Positions 38,749-48,803 of a stretch of 64,000 nucleotides of DNA are shown piece by piece; the first letter of the stretch is position 1, and every line of letters begins with the position of its first letter. The notes beneath the pieces were generated by a model that saw nothing but the letters and a program-made list of their open reading frames with translations, made no database searches and was not told the origin of the DNA. The position numbers and the translations under genes were made by a program. Source of the stretch: a virus (lineage: Duplodnaviria > Caudoviricetes); the IMG/VR virus record IMGVR_UViG_3300033182_000922, positions 519-64,518 of that record. One strand, 5' to 3'.

Positions 38749-40398
38749 ATGGCAGGTTTTACTGACAGACGAGGTCCTCTTACAAACACAAACCCAGTTA
38801 GAAAGATTTTAAAGGATTTATCTAACTTAGGTATGGCTTACGATGATATGATCATTCGTAACTCTAGGGCCGTAGGATTTACTGAAAATCAGATAGGTTA
38901 TACTATGAACCCTATGGGTTCAGATGCAGATGATATCTATTCTGCTTTTGCTGCATTATCCTTAACTGATACAACTCTTAAAAAGAATATTTCATTCTTT
39001 GATAAGGACTATGAAAAGAAAAGAGATCAATTAAGAACCTTTGCTGTTCAAGATGAGATTGAGGATATCTTAGATGTTTTAACTGATGAGGCTATTGTAT
39101 TTGATGAGAGTAATTATTGTGCATATGCAGAATTTAATGGTCATATAAGTAATAAGATTGAAGAAGAGATTGCCGACATATACAATAATATTTACAATTA
39201 CTTTGGATTTAATGATGCTATTCAACCTTGGAATTATTTTAGGAAGTGGTTAGTTGATGGTTTCCTTGCATTTGAAATAGTCTATAATGATAAACAAACA
39301 GAGATTATAGGATTTAAAGAATTGGACCCTATATCCCTAATGCCTGGTATTGATACTGATACAGGAAAGAAACAATGGGTACAGTATAAAGGTGGTGGGG
39401 CCAAAGAAAGAAAGCTTTGGGATTCTCAAATTATTTACCTTTCATATTCTCAGGTTAATTCACCACAAAGAATATCATACGTTGAAAGACTTATCCGTTC
39501 TTTTAACCTTTTAAGAATCATGGAGACTACCAGAATTATCTGGGCTGTTTCTAATGCTTCATTTAAGACCCAGTTTATTATCCCAGTAGGTGGTAAATCT
39601 AAAACAAGAGCAAAACAGTCATTGGCACAGTTAATGAATTCTTACCGTGAAGTTGTAGACTTCAATTATGAAAGTGGTGAGATTCAGACAAACGGAAAAC
39701 CAATGATGCCATTCAACAAAGAATATTGGTTACCATCAAAAGATGGAGAATCTCCAGAAATTAGTACTATTGGTGGAGATGGACCTGATTTAGGTGATAC
39801 TGAATCTCTTAAGTATTTCTCAGATAAATTGAAGATGGCCTCTAAGATTCCATTCTCAAGATTTGATAAGGAAGGTGGAAATACATATGAGATGGATGCA
39901 AGCGGTATGATGAGAGATGAAATTAAATTCTCTAAGTTTATTGACCGCTTAAGATCAATGTGGCAGGAAATCTTAGTTAAACCTGTATATCTTCAAATGT
40001 GTCTTAACCATCCAGAACTTAAGAATGATGTTGCATTTAAGGCTGGTTTAGGACTTAAGTTTGTTAAGGACAATGTCTTTGAAGAAATGAAAGAAATGGA
40101 ATTACAAACAAAACGAGTTGACTTTATTGGAAATATGAAAACTCAATTAAGTGTAATGGATGCTGAGATGAACGAAATACCATACTTTGATTTAGGATTC
40201 TTGATTAAGAGATACGGTGGCTTTACTAGAGATGACCTTAAGGCTAATCAAAGGGCTAAAGATCGCGCTAAATTAGAGGAAGAAGGTTATAAAGAAGATG
40301 ATATTGAAAAGATCCTTTTAGGTGCCGATAAGGCCGATTTTAAACCAGAGAAAGATAGCGGTGGCGTTGAAGAGGATCCATTAGCCGGTCTTGGATAA
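38749..40398 (+). CDS. gp20: Portal protein
   Basis: FRKWLVDG, SYVERLIRSFNLLRIME, EYWLP, IPFSR, RDEIKFSKFIDRLR. Confidence 0.9.
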   Translation: MAGFTDRRGPLTNTNPVRKILKDLSNLGMAYDDMIIRNSRAVGFTENQIGYTMNPMGSDADDIYSAFAALSLTDTTLKKNISFFDKDYEKKRDQLRTFAVQDEIEDILDVLTDEAIVFDESNYCAYAEFNGHISNKIEEEIADIYNNIYNYFGFNDAIQPWNYFRKWLVDGFLAFEIVYNDKQTEIIGFKELDPISLMPGIDTDTGKKQWVQYKGGGAKERKLWDSQIIYLSYSQVNSPQRISYVERLIRSFNLLRIMETTRIIWAVSNASFKTQFIIPVGGKSKTRAKQSLAQLMNSYREVVDFNYESGEIQTNGKPMMPFNKEYWLPSKDGESPEISTIGGDGPDLGDTESLKYFSDKLKMASKIPFSRFDKEGGNTYEMDASGMMRDEIKFSKFIDRLRSMWQEILVKPVYLQMCLNHPELKNDVAFKAGLGLKFVKDNVFEEMKEMELQTKRVDFIGNMKTQLSVMDAEMNEIPYFDLGFLIKRYGGFTRDDLKANQRAKDRAKLEEEGYKEDDIEKILLGADKADFKPEKDSGGVEEDPLAGLG

Positions 40399-40443
40399 AA
40401 ACTTTACAAAGATATAATATATAAATCAAATAATAATTAGAAA

Positions 40444-42150
40444 ATGTCAGGAAAGAAGCTTTTAATTCTTGAAAGGTCAACATCTAACTTGGATTATAAA
40501 ACAGACAAAGACGGTTCAGTAGTCTTAGAGGGTGTTTTTACCGAGATTGGGGTTCGTAATAAGAATAACAGAATCTATGAGGAAAAAGAAGTTCTCCCTC
40601 ATATTAATGAATTGCAAGAAAAGGTTAAGTCAAGTAAACTTTTAGGTGAATTAGACCATCCAAAAGATTTTGATATTAGTCTTTCAAACGTTTCTCATGT
40701 TGTTGAGGATTTAAGATATGATGAAGACAATAAACAGGTTCTTGGAAAGATTAGATTATTAAATACTTCAAAAGGAAAGGAAGCACAAGCTCTTATTAAA
40801 GATGGAATCCCTCTCCACATTTCAAGTAGAGCCGCCGGAACCGTTGATGAGAGTGGTAAGGTTAAAATTAAGAAATTCTTTACCTATGACCTGGTTGCTG
40901 ATCCTGGATTTGAAAACGCTGAATTATCAAGAGTTAATGAGTCTTATGGCTTTGGTAATGATAGTGGAGTAATTATTTATGAAATGGAAGAAACACAAAA
41001 TACAGAAGATAAAAAAGATCTAACAATGGAAAATAACGAATTCGTAACCGTTGAAGATTTTCAAAAGTATACTGAGTATGTTTCAGGTGTACTAAACAAT
41101 GTCAAGGAATCTGCTAATTCAAACAACAATGAGTTAGTTGAAAAGCTTGTTAAGTATTCAGAGCATATTGCAGAAAAGGTTAATCAATTAACTGACTATA
41201 CAGAATACTTATCTGAAAATCTTGACAAAAACATTTCTTACTCTGACTATCTTGCAGAGAATGTTAACAAAATTAAAGATTACACAACCTACTTGGCTGA
41301 AGAATTAGATAACTCTATTTCTTATGCTGAGCATGTAGCTGAACAGGCTGACAAAGGTATTCAGTATTCTAACTACTTAGGTGAAAGCTTAGAAAAAGGA
41401 ATTGAGTATACTGAATATGTTGCTGAAAAGGTTGATCAAAATATTGCTTATTCTGAATACCTTGCCGAAGGTTTAGATAAGAGCATTAAATACTCTGAGT
41501 ACATTGCAGAAAATGTAAACTCTGGAGAAGCTGCTACTCTTAATGAAGGTGTAGGCCATGCTTCGTTATCTGCTGCCCCTCAGGAAGAAGAAGTAGAAGA
41601 AACTAAAGCTGAAGAAAAAGATTATAAAGATTCTATTGAAGAAGCTCTAAATAAATTAATTGCTAAAGCAGAAGCCAAGAATGTTTCTGAAATGCATTTT
41701 ATGAACTTCTTATCTGAATCTAAGAAAAACGAATTTAACTCTCTTTCTGAAGAAAAGCAAACTGCGATTGTTGAGTCAATGAATGCAACTCCAATTATGT
41801 CAACGGTACAAGCCGAGAACATCTGGGAGTCTTGCTTTACTGAAAAGAGAAAAGAATTGAACTTTATTGATGATATGCCAGAGAAATTCCGCGCCAGGTG
41901 GGATAACCTTTCTGAAGCTCGTCAATCGCAAATCATTGCGGAATCTAAGTTCCACCAATTAAATACACCTTATGCAATTAACAATTTCTGGTCTACCAGA
42001 GATATGAGATCTGCACAAGTTGAAACTGAGAAATTAAATGAAAGTAAAACCGCTGCTGAACAAACCGCCGCTGCTAAGAAGGAACCTTTAATTAATGAAT
42101 CCTTTGCTGCTGATTTGATCAACAGGGTTAAATTTAATTTAGGAAGATAA
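40444..42150 (+). CDS. gp21: Prohead protease (gp21-like) fused to scaffold/core (gp22-like)
   Basis: NKNNRIY, GELDHP, VSH, ISSRAAG and DLVADPGF, followed by a long acidic coiled-coil/repeat region. Confidence 0.85.
   Translation: MSGKKLLILERSTSNLDYKTDKDGSVVLEGVFTEIGVRNKNNRIYEEKEVLPHINELQEKVKSSKLLGELDHPKDFDISLSNVSHVVEDLRYDEDNKQVLGKIRLLNTSKGKEAQALIKDGIPLHISSRAAGTVDESGKVKIKKFFTYDLVADPGFENAELSRVNESYGFGNDSGVIIYEMEETQNTEDKKDLTMENNEFVTVEDFQKYTEYVSGVLNNVKESANSNNNELVEKLVKYSEHIAEKVNQLTDYTEYLSENLDKNISYSDYLAENVNKIKDYTTYLAEELDNSISYAEHVAEQADKGIQYSNYLGESLEKGIEYTEYVAEKVDQNIAYSEYLAEGLDKSIKYSEYIAENVNSGEAATLNEGVGHASLSAAPQEEEVEETKAEEKDYKDSIEEALNKLIAKAEAKNVSEMHFMNFLSESKKNEFNSLSEEKQTAIVESMNATPIMSTVQAENIWESCFTEKRKELNFIDDMPEKFRARWDNLSEARQSQIIAESKFHQLNTPYAINNFWSTRDMRSAQVETEKLNESKTAAEQTAAAKKEPLINESFAADLINRVKFNLGR
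41155..41520 (+). repeat. Nine tandem 14-aa (42 nt) repeats in the scaffold domain
   Basis: YSEHIAEKVNQLTD / YTEYLSENLDKNIS / YSDYLAENVNKIKD / ... / YSEYIAENVN. Confidence 0.85.
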
Positions 42151-42225
42151 AAATACTAATCTAATAGCTAAGAAGCAAAAAGCTACAGATTTGATTAAAT
42201 AAAACGCGAAAAAAACAATTTAAAA

Positions 42226-43959
42226 ATGTACGCAAATCAATTAATTAATGAGGCCGAAGTACAAAAGACTTGGGGACCTATTATTGAGGAGGCTACTGGC
42301 GTTACTGAAAAGTCTAAGTTATCTTGGATGTCTAAGTACTGTCACTACCATAACCTTAATGAGTCGGTTTACAATACTGTACACCTCAATCCAAACATGA
42401 ACACCCAAGCTATGGGTGCACCAACGTTCCCGGCTGCGCCAACTACCATGGATGCATTCAATAATCCTGCTACGCCTGGATTAAAAGGTTCTGGAGATAG
42501 ACCATTCTCTTTGTTGCCACTTGCTATGCAGGTTGCTGCTCAGACTGTAGGTTTAGACTTAGTACCTGTTGTACCAATGCAAGGTCCTATGGGAGTTCTT
42601 ACTTACTTAGACTTTGTATATGGTGGAGGTAGAGTTAGCAATGCCGGTAATAAAGTTACTGACAGTGCGCCATTGATGATTAAAGCTGACTACACATTGG
42701 CTTCAGGAGTTTCCGCTCTTGCTGTTGATGATTTAGTTTACGTTGGTACCGGTTCTTACGGTTCTTACGAATTAACTTATGTAGGTAAGTCTCGTATCGA
42801 TGGTTACGGAATCTTCCGTGTAAGAGGTAAAGGTACAGATGCTGCTAAAGGAACTGACGCTTACGCTCAAGGTGAAGAAGGTTACGAAGCAATCTATGAA
42901 GCAATCACTGGTTCTACTAGCTTGTATTCTAACGATGACCTTTCTACTGATATCGGTGACTGGGCTGATACTCCTGAATTGGTAAAAGCTTTAGAAGACC
43001 ACATTCCTGGATTCTCTGGAAATGCCTTCGAAGCTAACAACCCATTATCTGGAGATCCTGCATTCTCTGAAGCTATCGATTCTCCGAATCCATACGAAAG
43101 AGGTGTTGGTGAGGCTACCCCTGATAACATCATGGGTCTATCATTGTTCAACAAATCAGTTGCTGCTAAAACTTACCAAGTTGCTGCTGCTGTTACTCGT
43201 GAGCAAGTACAAGACCTTAAGCAATTCGGAATCGACGCAGTTGCTCAAGTAGAAGCTGTATTAGTTAACGAATTAACTCAATCTATCAATAAGTACATCT
43301 TGGATAGAATCTTCCGTAACGGTGCAACTAATGCAAATAACGTTAATACAGTAGACGGATTGAACCTTTCTGCTTACTACGTTACTGCTGCTGCATCTAC
43401 TACTATTAACTTAGGACCTGGTAACTCTAGTAACACTGCCGTTACTTTGACTACTGCTGGTACTGTTGTTAACGGTGGAGGTGAAACTCAAGGTACTTTA
43501 CAACGTAGAGTTCTTACTAAGATCTTAGCTGCTTCTAATTTGATCGCTACTCGTGGTCGTAGAGGACCTGCTACTTTCGCAGTAACTTCTGGTGAAATTG
43601 CAACCGCTCTTCAAGATGTTGCTGGATTCGTTCCTTACCCATTGTCAAATACAGTTAACCAAGCTGGTGGATCTCTCTACCCAATCGGTGCTGTTGCTGG
43701 TGTAACTATTTATGTTGATCCAAACATGGCTTGGACTGACTACAGAGTTGCAGTTGGACGTAAAGGTGACGGAAACTCTCCAGGTTTGGTATTCATGCCT
43801 TACTTAATGGCTGAATCTGTTGAAACTATCGCTGAAGGAACTATGGCTCCTAAAATCGCGGTTAAATCTAGATTCGCTTTAGTAGACGCTGGATTCCACC
43901 CAGAAACTATGTACTACACTTTAGGTTTTGCATTCGGTTCAGGTGTAAGCTTGATCTAA
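42226..43959 (+). CDS. gp23: Major capsid protein
   Basis: KTWGPII, DLVPVVPMQGP.G, EQVQDLK..GID, NELTQSINK, IATRGRRG, VYVDP-like IYVDP, GLVFMPY, PKIAVKSRF. Strongly biased codon usage. Confidence 0.92.
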   Translation: MYANQLINEAEVQKTWGPIIEEATGVTEKSKLSWMSKYCHYHNLNESVYNTVHLNPNMNTQAMGAPTFPAAPTTMDAFNNPATPGLKGSGDRPFSLLPLAMQVAAQTVGLDLVPVVPMQGPMGVLTYLDFVYGGGRVSNAGNKVTDSAPLMIKADYTLASGVSALAVDDLVYVGTGSYGSYELTYVGKSRIDGYGIFRVRGKGTDAAKGTDAYAQGEEGYEAIYEAITGSTSLYSNDDLSTDIGDWADTPELVKALEDHIPGFSGNAFEANNPLSGDPAFSEAIDSPNPYERGVGEATPDNIMGLSLFNKSVAAKTYQVAAAVTREQVQDLKQFGIDAVAQVEAVLVNELTQSINKYILDRIFRNGATNANNVNTVDGLNLSAYYVTAAASTTINLGPGNSSNTAVTLTTAGTVVNGGGETQGTLQRRVLTKILAASNLIATRGRRGPATFAVTSGEIATALQDVAGFVPYPLSNTVNQAGGSLYPIGAVAGVTIYVDPNMAWTDYRVAVGRKGDGNSPGLVFMPYLMAESVETIAEGTMAPKIAVKSRFALVDAGFHPETMYYTLGFAFGSGVSLI

Positions 43960-43984
43960 TCAACCTAATAAAGTATATCTTTAG

Positions 43985-44012
43985 AAAGGTCCACTTCGGT
44001 GGACCTTTTTTT
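43985..44012 (+). terminator. Intrinsic terminator with cUUCGg tetraloop
   Basis: AAAGGTCCAC-TTCG-GTGGACCTTT followed by a T-run. Confidence 0.9.
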
Positions 44013-44057
44013 ATTTATTGCTCCAATATATAATACAACAGAAAAATAATACCTATC

Positions 44058-45086
44058 ATGAAATTATTATCTTTTGAAGGATATAGAATGTTAAATGAAT
44101 CTGCTAAAACATTTGAAGCTGATTTAGATAAAATATTAAACGAAAACATTGGAGCTGCATTAGGTAGCCCTATCAAATTTACCAAGATCAAAAATAATGC
44201 TAAAAAGTACCAACAGGCTTTGGTACAGATTGCAATTAATAATCTTGACTTTGAAAAGAAGAAGGCCGCCGGTAATATGGATAAAGATAAAGCCGATGTT
44301 CTTAAAGCCGCAAATGCTCAAAAGAACCAGGCTCTTAAAGACCAGTCTAGCGCTATTTCTGATAGGATGGATCAATTGGCCACAACGCCTGGCCTTAAAA
44401 AGGTTGCTTCTATTGCAAAGAATAAGTCAAGAATGGCCGCTGCTGAAACTGCACTTAAGACAGCAGATGGAGAAGAAGCAAAGGCACTTAAGTTAAAGAT
44501 TAAGTCTCTTAACCAAAAGGTTGCTGCTGATCAACAAGAACTTAAAGATTACGAAAAGGCCGACGATAAGAAAGAAGGACCAGAAGGACCAGACCAACAG
44601 AATCTTGATAATGCAAAGACTGATGATGGTAAGCCAGAAAAAACTGATGGTAAAGATGGCAAGCCAGAAAAAACTGATGGTAAAGATGGTAAAGATGGTA
44701 AGCCAGAAAAAACTGATGGCGGAGATGGTAAAGATGGTAAGCCAGAAAAAACTGATGGTAAAGATGGTAAGCCAGAAAAAACTGATGGCGGAGAAGGCGA
44801 ACCAAAGGAACCTACAACTCGACCAGAGAGTGGTAAAAACTCTAAGGATGATATGATTGCCAGATACCAAAAACTAATTGATGATACTAAAGACGAGGAA
44901 AAGAAAAAGAAATATCAGGATAAGATTGATAAGCTACAAAAAGAATCTGAAGAAAGATTCCTAGATCCTGAATTCTTAGCGGTAATGGAGTCAGAATTGG
45001 TTGCATTTGAATCAGAAGCAAGTTCATCGTACTTAAACGAATCAGTTTCTGCTAAATTCAGAAGGCTGATGCAAAATAAAGCTTAA
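44058..45086 (+). CDS. Charged low-complexity protein, putative internal head protein
   Basis: N-terminus MKLLSFEGYRMLNE; late-type promoter at 44025; KPEKTDG repeats. Confidence 0.6.
   Translation: MKLLSFEGYRMLNESAKTFEADLDKILNENIGAALGSPIKFTKIKNNAKKYQQALVQIAINNLDFEKKKAAGNMDKDKADVLKAANAQKNQALKDQSSAISDRMDQLATTPGLKKVASIAKNKSRMAAAETALKTADGEEAKALKLKIKSLNQKVAADQQELKDYEKADDKKEGPEGPDQQNLDNAKTDDGKPEKTDGKDGKPEKTDGKDGKDGKPEKTDGGDGKDGKPEKTDGKDGKPEKTDGGEGEPKEPTTRPESGKNSKDDMIARYQKLIDDTKDEEKKKKYQDKIDKLQKESEERFLDPEFLAVMESELVAFESEASSSYLNESVSAKFRRLMQNKA
44625..44788 (+). repeat. Five copies of AAGCCAGAAAAAACTGATGG (KPEKTDG), coding minisatellite
   Basis: Copies start at 44631, 44661, 44700, 44739 and 44769; spacing is 30/39/39/30 nt, all in frame. 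Confidence 0.9.
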
Positions 45087-45577
45087 TGTACAAAGTTCGT
45101 AAAATTAACTTTGGATGGTATAGAAGGCGGCATGGTATTCTTTTGGAGAATCTGCCGCCTTCAAAGCAACGATTCATGGATGAAAGTAACTATCTTAAAT
45201 GGTTAGAGCCAGATCCACAAACATATGAGATCATATTTAAGGTGGAAGATATGAATGACCATGAAAAGAATCCTAACAGAATCTTATGGAATCCTTTTAG
45301 GGAATCTTTTACTAACATAAAAGAATTGGAAGCTGATTCAAATCTAATAGACTGGAATTGTGCAATCTGTCAGGTTGATATTAAATCCAGAATGGATTCC
45401 AAGAACATGGAAAATTTTGTTTGTAAGAAGTGTTCAGAAGCACATAACCGACGAAATAAAAGGGTTGATCAAAGGATAATAGATTCGTCCATTAAATTTA
45501 CAAAACACTGTAAATCTCTTCTAAAAGGTGAACAGAGGGAGTTCCTCACCTATGTTCGCAGATCATCGAAAGGATAA
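45086..45577 (+). CDS. Hypothetical protein with CxxC...CxxC zinc motif
   Basis: CAIC and CKKC. Confidence 0.6.
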   Translation: MYKVRKINFGWYRRRHGILLENLPPSKQRFMDESNYLKWLEPDPQTYEIIFKVEDMNDHEKNPNRILWNPFRESFTNIKELEADSNLIDWNCAICQVDIKSRMDSKNMENFVCKKCSEAHNRRNKRVDQRIIDSSIKFTKHCKSLLKGEQREFLTYVRRSSKG

Positions 45578-46357
45578 CGCTTTATCATAATTTATTTTAG
45601 GAAAGCAATTAATGTTACTTATTGGAGAAGCGTTAAAAACTTGTATATTCTTTTCTATTAATATGTTTGCTAGTATTTCAAATCCTGGTAAAAATTGATC
45701 TCTATAGATTTTATCAGATGTTACAGGAACTGGATATCCATCATGGAAATGACCTTTCTTTCCATCATTCTTCATATCATATCCCAATAAGATTATTCTT
45801 TTGGCCCCTAAATGATATGCTAAATTAATTGCTGCATATCCACTATTATTTCCATGGGAAAGGCGATCTCTTGGTTCTTCTAACCCAAATTTCATTCCCT
45901 TTCTTAGTACTTTAATATCTTTTGTATACCCAACCCACGGTCTTATAGTATATTTTAAACCTTTAAAATTATTGATGTCATTTGTGTACCATCTATAAAA
46001 CCTGGAATCGGTCCAATATAAAGCATCTGCTTTTGGGTAAGTCATAAATGCTTTATTAATTGCTATTGTTTTTTTACCAGCTAATCCATTCCAATTAAAG
46101 TTATGTAGTGAAGTACCTCCACCTATTATGTAAACCGTTTCACCTTTCCATAAAGGTTCTACCTTTCCATTATATTGTTCTTTAGGTGGTGTGGCCCTGT
46201 GGGTTATTTTCTTTTCGCCTCTGGTAACGGTAGGTATGTTATTAGACTTAGCGGTTATTTTCGTTATTCTTTTTCCTCCTGCTTTTGTCACATACTTATT
46301 TGAGTTTTCCTCAACTATAATAGGCGTTTTTCTAACTATCTTTCTAACCCTTCTCAT
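45563..46357 (-). CDS. DUF115/Maf-like (CstII-fold-like) putative glycosyltransferase with basic N-terminus
   Basis: VYIIGGGTSL, TIAINKA, NSGYAAINLAYHLGAKRIILLGYDM, VFNAS. The only convincing minus-strand gene in the window. Confidence 0.65.
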   Translation of the reverse strand: MRRVRKIVRKTPIIVEENSNKYVTKAGGKRITKITAKSNNIPTVTRGEKKITHRATPPKEQYNGKVEPLWKGETVYIIGGGTSLHNFNWNGLAGKKTIAINKAFMTYPKADALYWTDSRFYRWYTNDINNFKGLKYTIRPWVGYTKDIKVLRKGMKFGLEEPRDRLSHGNNSGYAAINLAYHLGAKRIILLGYDMKNDGKKGHFHDGYPVPVTSDKIYRDQFLPGFEILANILIEKNIQVFNASPISNINCFPKINYDKALSFR

Positions 46358-46430
46358 TAAGCTTTAGATTTTTTTATTTATTTTGTCTTAAACCTAACGG
46401 AGTTTCTTCATATAAAAATAAATTCTACAT

Positions 46431-47393
46431 ATGCGGAACATTCAAAATATTCTATTAACTGAAAAGTACAGGCCAAAAAATTTAGATGATCTTATTACAC
46501 CTAAAAGAGTAGGTGATAAATTGGCAAAGGGTGTTTATCAACATTTGCTTTTACACGGGAGTCCAGGTACCGGTAAAACTTCAGCAGCAAAGGCATTGGT
46601 TAAACATTTTAATCATCCTTATCTTTACATTAATGCTTCAACTGATACATCAGTTGATATTGTGAGAAATCGTATTACCGATTTTTGTGCTAATCGTTCT
46701 ATCATGGATGAGCCAGGAAAAATGAAGGTCATTATTCTTGATGAGATTGACGGTGTATCTGATCAATTCTTTAAAGCATTAAGAGCAACGATGGATCAAT
46801 TTAATGTAAATGCAAGATTCATTGCAACATGTAATTACATTAATAAAGTACCTGATCCAATCCAGTCAAGATTTGAAATGATTGATTTTGATTTTAGTAA
46901 AGAAGAAGAAACTGAAATCATGAAGAGTTACATTATGAGAATTCTTCAAATCTGTAAAGAAGAGGAAATTGGTATTGATAAACACGCGGCGGTTGAATTA
47001 GTAAAACGTAAGTTCCCTGATTTAAGAAATATGTTAAATCAGTTACAAGGATTTAAATCTCAAGGTAAAGATACGATTACTGTTGAGGATATCAAACAGT
47101 TTAGTTCTGTCTATAAGGATGTATTTGATCTTATCATTGATGAAACGGATCCTGTAAAGAATTACCAATATCTTTTATCTAATTACTCAAATCGTACTGA
47201 TGACGTGTTATCTTCTCTTGGTGCTGAATTCATTCAATATATACAACAGGAGAGACAATCATATACACAGTTTATTCCACAGATTATTGTAACTGTGTCT
47301 AAGTATCAATCGCAAAGACAACAAGTAATTGATCCTGCAGTATCAATGCTTGCATGTATCTACGAACTGCAATCAATATTAAATGGAGCATGA
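46431..47393 (+). CDS. gp44: Clamp loader ATPase subunit (RFC-like)
   Basis: EKYRP, GSPGTGKT, INAS, ILDEID, PIQSRF, FPDLR. Confidence 0.9.
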   Translation: MRNIQNILLTEKYRPKNLDDLITPKRVGDKLAKGVYQHLLLHGSPGTGKTSAAKALVKHFNHPYLYINASTDTSVDIVRNRITDFCANRSIMDEPGKMKVIILDEIDGVSDQFFKALRATMDQFNVNARFIATCNYINKVPDPIQSRFEMIDFDFSKEEETEIMKSYIMRILQICKEEEIGIDKHAAVELVKRKFPDLRNMLNQLQGFKSQGKDTITVEDIKQFSSVYKDVFDLIIDETDPVKNYQYLLSNYSNRTDDVLSSLGAEFIQYIQQERQSYTQFIPQIIVTVSKYQSQRQQVIDPAVSMLACIYELQSILNGA

Positions 47394-47551
47394 CACCTGA
47401 ATTTTTAGATCAATTAATTAAACTCTTTCCTAATAATTATGAATTAGGAAATGCAATCAGATCCTTTTGGCATATGAAGAGGGATAAGCCAAATGTATCT
47501 GTTATTGAATTAGAGAATGAGTTTCTTAGAAACTTTCAGAATAACATTTAA
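47390..47551 (+). CDS. Small hypothetical protein
   Basis: ATGA overlap with gp44; FPNNYELGNAIR motif. Confidence 0.5.
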   Translation: MTPEFLDQLIKLFPNNYELGNAIRSFWHMKRDKPNVSVIELENEFLRNFQNNI

Positions 47552-47582
47552 TTTGTTATATTTTACTAAATAAAACATTAAT

Positions 47583-48803
47583 ATGAAGAAAACCGGCAGA
47601 CATACATTTGTCATAGATGGTAATTACTTTTTGTTTAGAACGCTGTATGTATTACCTAGACATGGCAAATCAAAAGAAATGCTTGGTACACAGGAAGACA
47701 CTAATGCCTTTATGAAAAAATTGGCAACTGATTTTGCTTACCAAGTTCGGTTATTTGAAGGTCTTATTGATAAAATTGTTTGGACTCAAGATTCAAGATC
47801 TTGGCGTAAGGATTTTTATCCAGAAGCAGACTATAAAGGTAATCGTAAACAAGATAGTTCTATTAACTGGGAAAACTTTTCAAAAGTAACGGAGGATTTT
47901 ATTTCTCTTATATCTAAAAGCGGTGTAATTATATCTAAGGTAGATGGCGCTGAAGGCGATGACCTTATGTATGCATGGAATACGGAATCATTGGCTAACG
48001 ATAAATCCGTTATTATGTTTACTGGTGACCGTGACCTTGTCCAATTAGTTAACAAGAGTGTAAATAACAATACTCATACCATTTTGTTTTCACCGGCGCA
48101 TAAAAAGCTGTATACATATCAAGGATTTACTGAATGGATGGATTCTCAAGAAGACCAGGAAACTACTGATATCTTTGATTTAATGAAAGTTTCTATTTCA
48201 CCAGAAAACCAAGCCAAGAAGTTATTACAGACTCTTATTAAAAAGAAAAAGGTAAACGTTGTAGAAGTTGACCCAGAAGAATTCCGTTTTCGTAAAGTTC
48301 TTACTGGTGATGCAGGAGATAATGTACCACCTGCATATTGGTATGTATCTAAAAATCGTAGATATGGTATTAGTGAGAAAAAAGCAATAGAAATCATTTC
48401 TGAATTTAAAGAAAAACATGGAGTCCTTTCTCACATGTATCTTTATAATGATGAGTATATTACCGACCTTGCAAATATCCTTATTAGAGTAATGAAGGCA
48501 AAACATATGAGCCGAGAACAGATCATTACTAATCTAAAGTCTAATGTTAACCTTATGGTTCTTGCTGCTGAGTCTATCCCTGAAGGTATCCTAGATGAGA
48601 TGTTCCGCTCTGTTGAATCTAAAATGAATCATAATGCTTTGGAACTTAAAAGAGTTTCAACAATGAAATCGTTATTGGAAAATACTTCTTATGGCGGAAA
48701 CGATAGTATTGCTGTATCGTCAAAGATATTTAAAGATGACGATGACGATGGCGATGACTTCTCATTCATTAAGGATAAAAAATCCCAAAAGAAAATTTTC
48801 TAA
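47583..48803 (+). CDS. rnh: 5'-3' exonuclease / RNase H (T4 rnh, FEN family)
   Basis: IDGNY, WRKDFYP..YKGNRK, EGDD, TGDRDL, GDAGDNVP. Confidence 0.85.
   Translation: MKKTGRHTFVIDGNYFLFRTLYVLPRHGKSKEMLGTQEDTNAFMKKLATDFAYQVRLFEGLIDKIVWTQDSRSWRKDFYPEADYKGNRKQDSSINWENFSKVTEDFISLISKSGVIISKVDGAEGDDLMYAWNTESLANDKSVIMFTGDRDLVQLVNKSVNNNTHTILFSPAHKKLYTYQGFTEWMDSQEDQETTDIFDLMKVSISPENQAKKLLQTLIKKKKVNVVEVDPEEFRFRKVLTGDAGDNVPPAYWYVSKNRRYGISEKKAIEIISEFKEKHGVLSHMYLYNDEYITDLANILIRVMKAKHMSREQIITNLKSNVNLMVLAAESIPEGILDEMFRSVESKMNHNALELKRVSTMKSLLENTSYGGNDSIAVSSKIFKDDDDDGDDFSFIKDKKSQKKIF

Noticed and set aside
44625-44788. Regularly spaced 20-nt direct repeats resembling CRISPR
   Set aside because: The spacers are short (10-19 nt), themselves repetitive, and keep frame within a coding gene.
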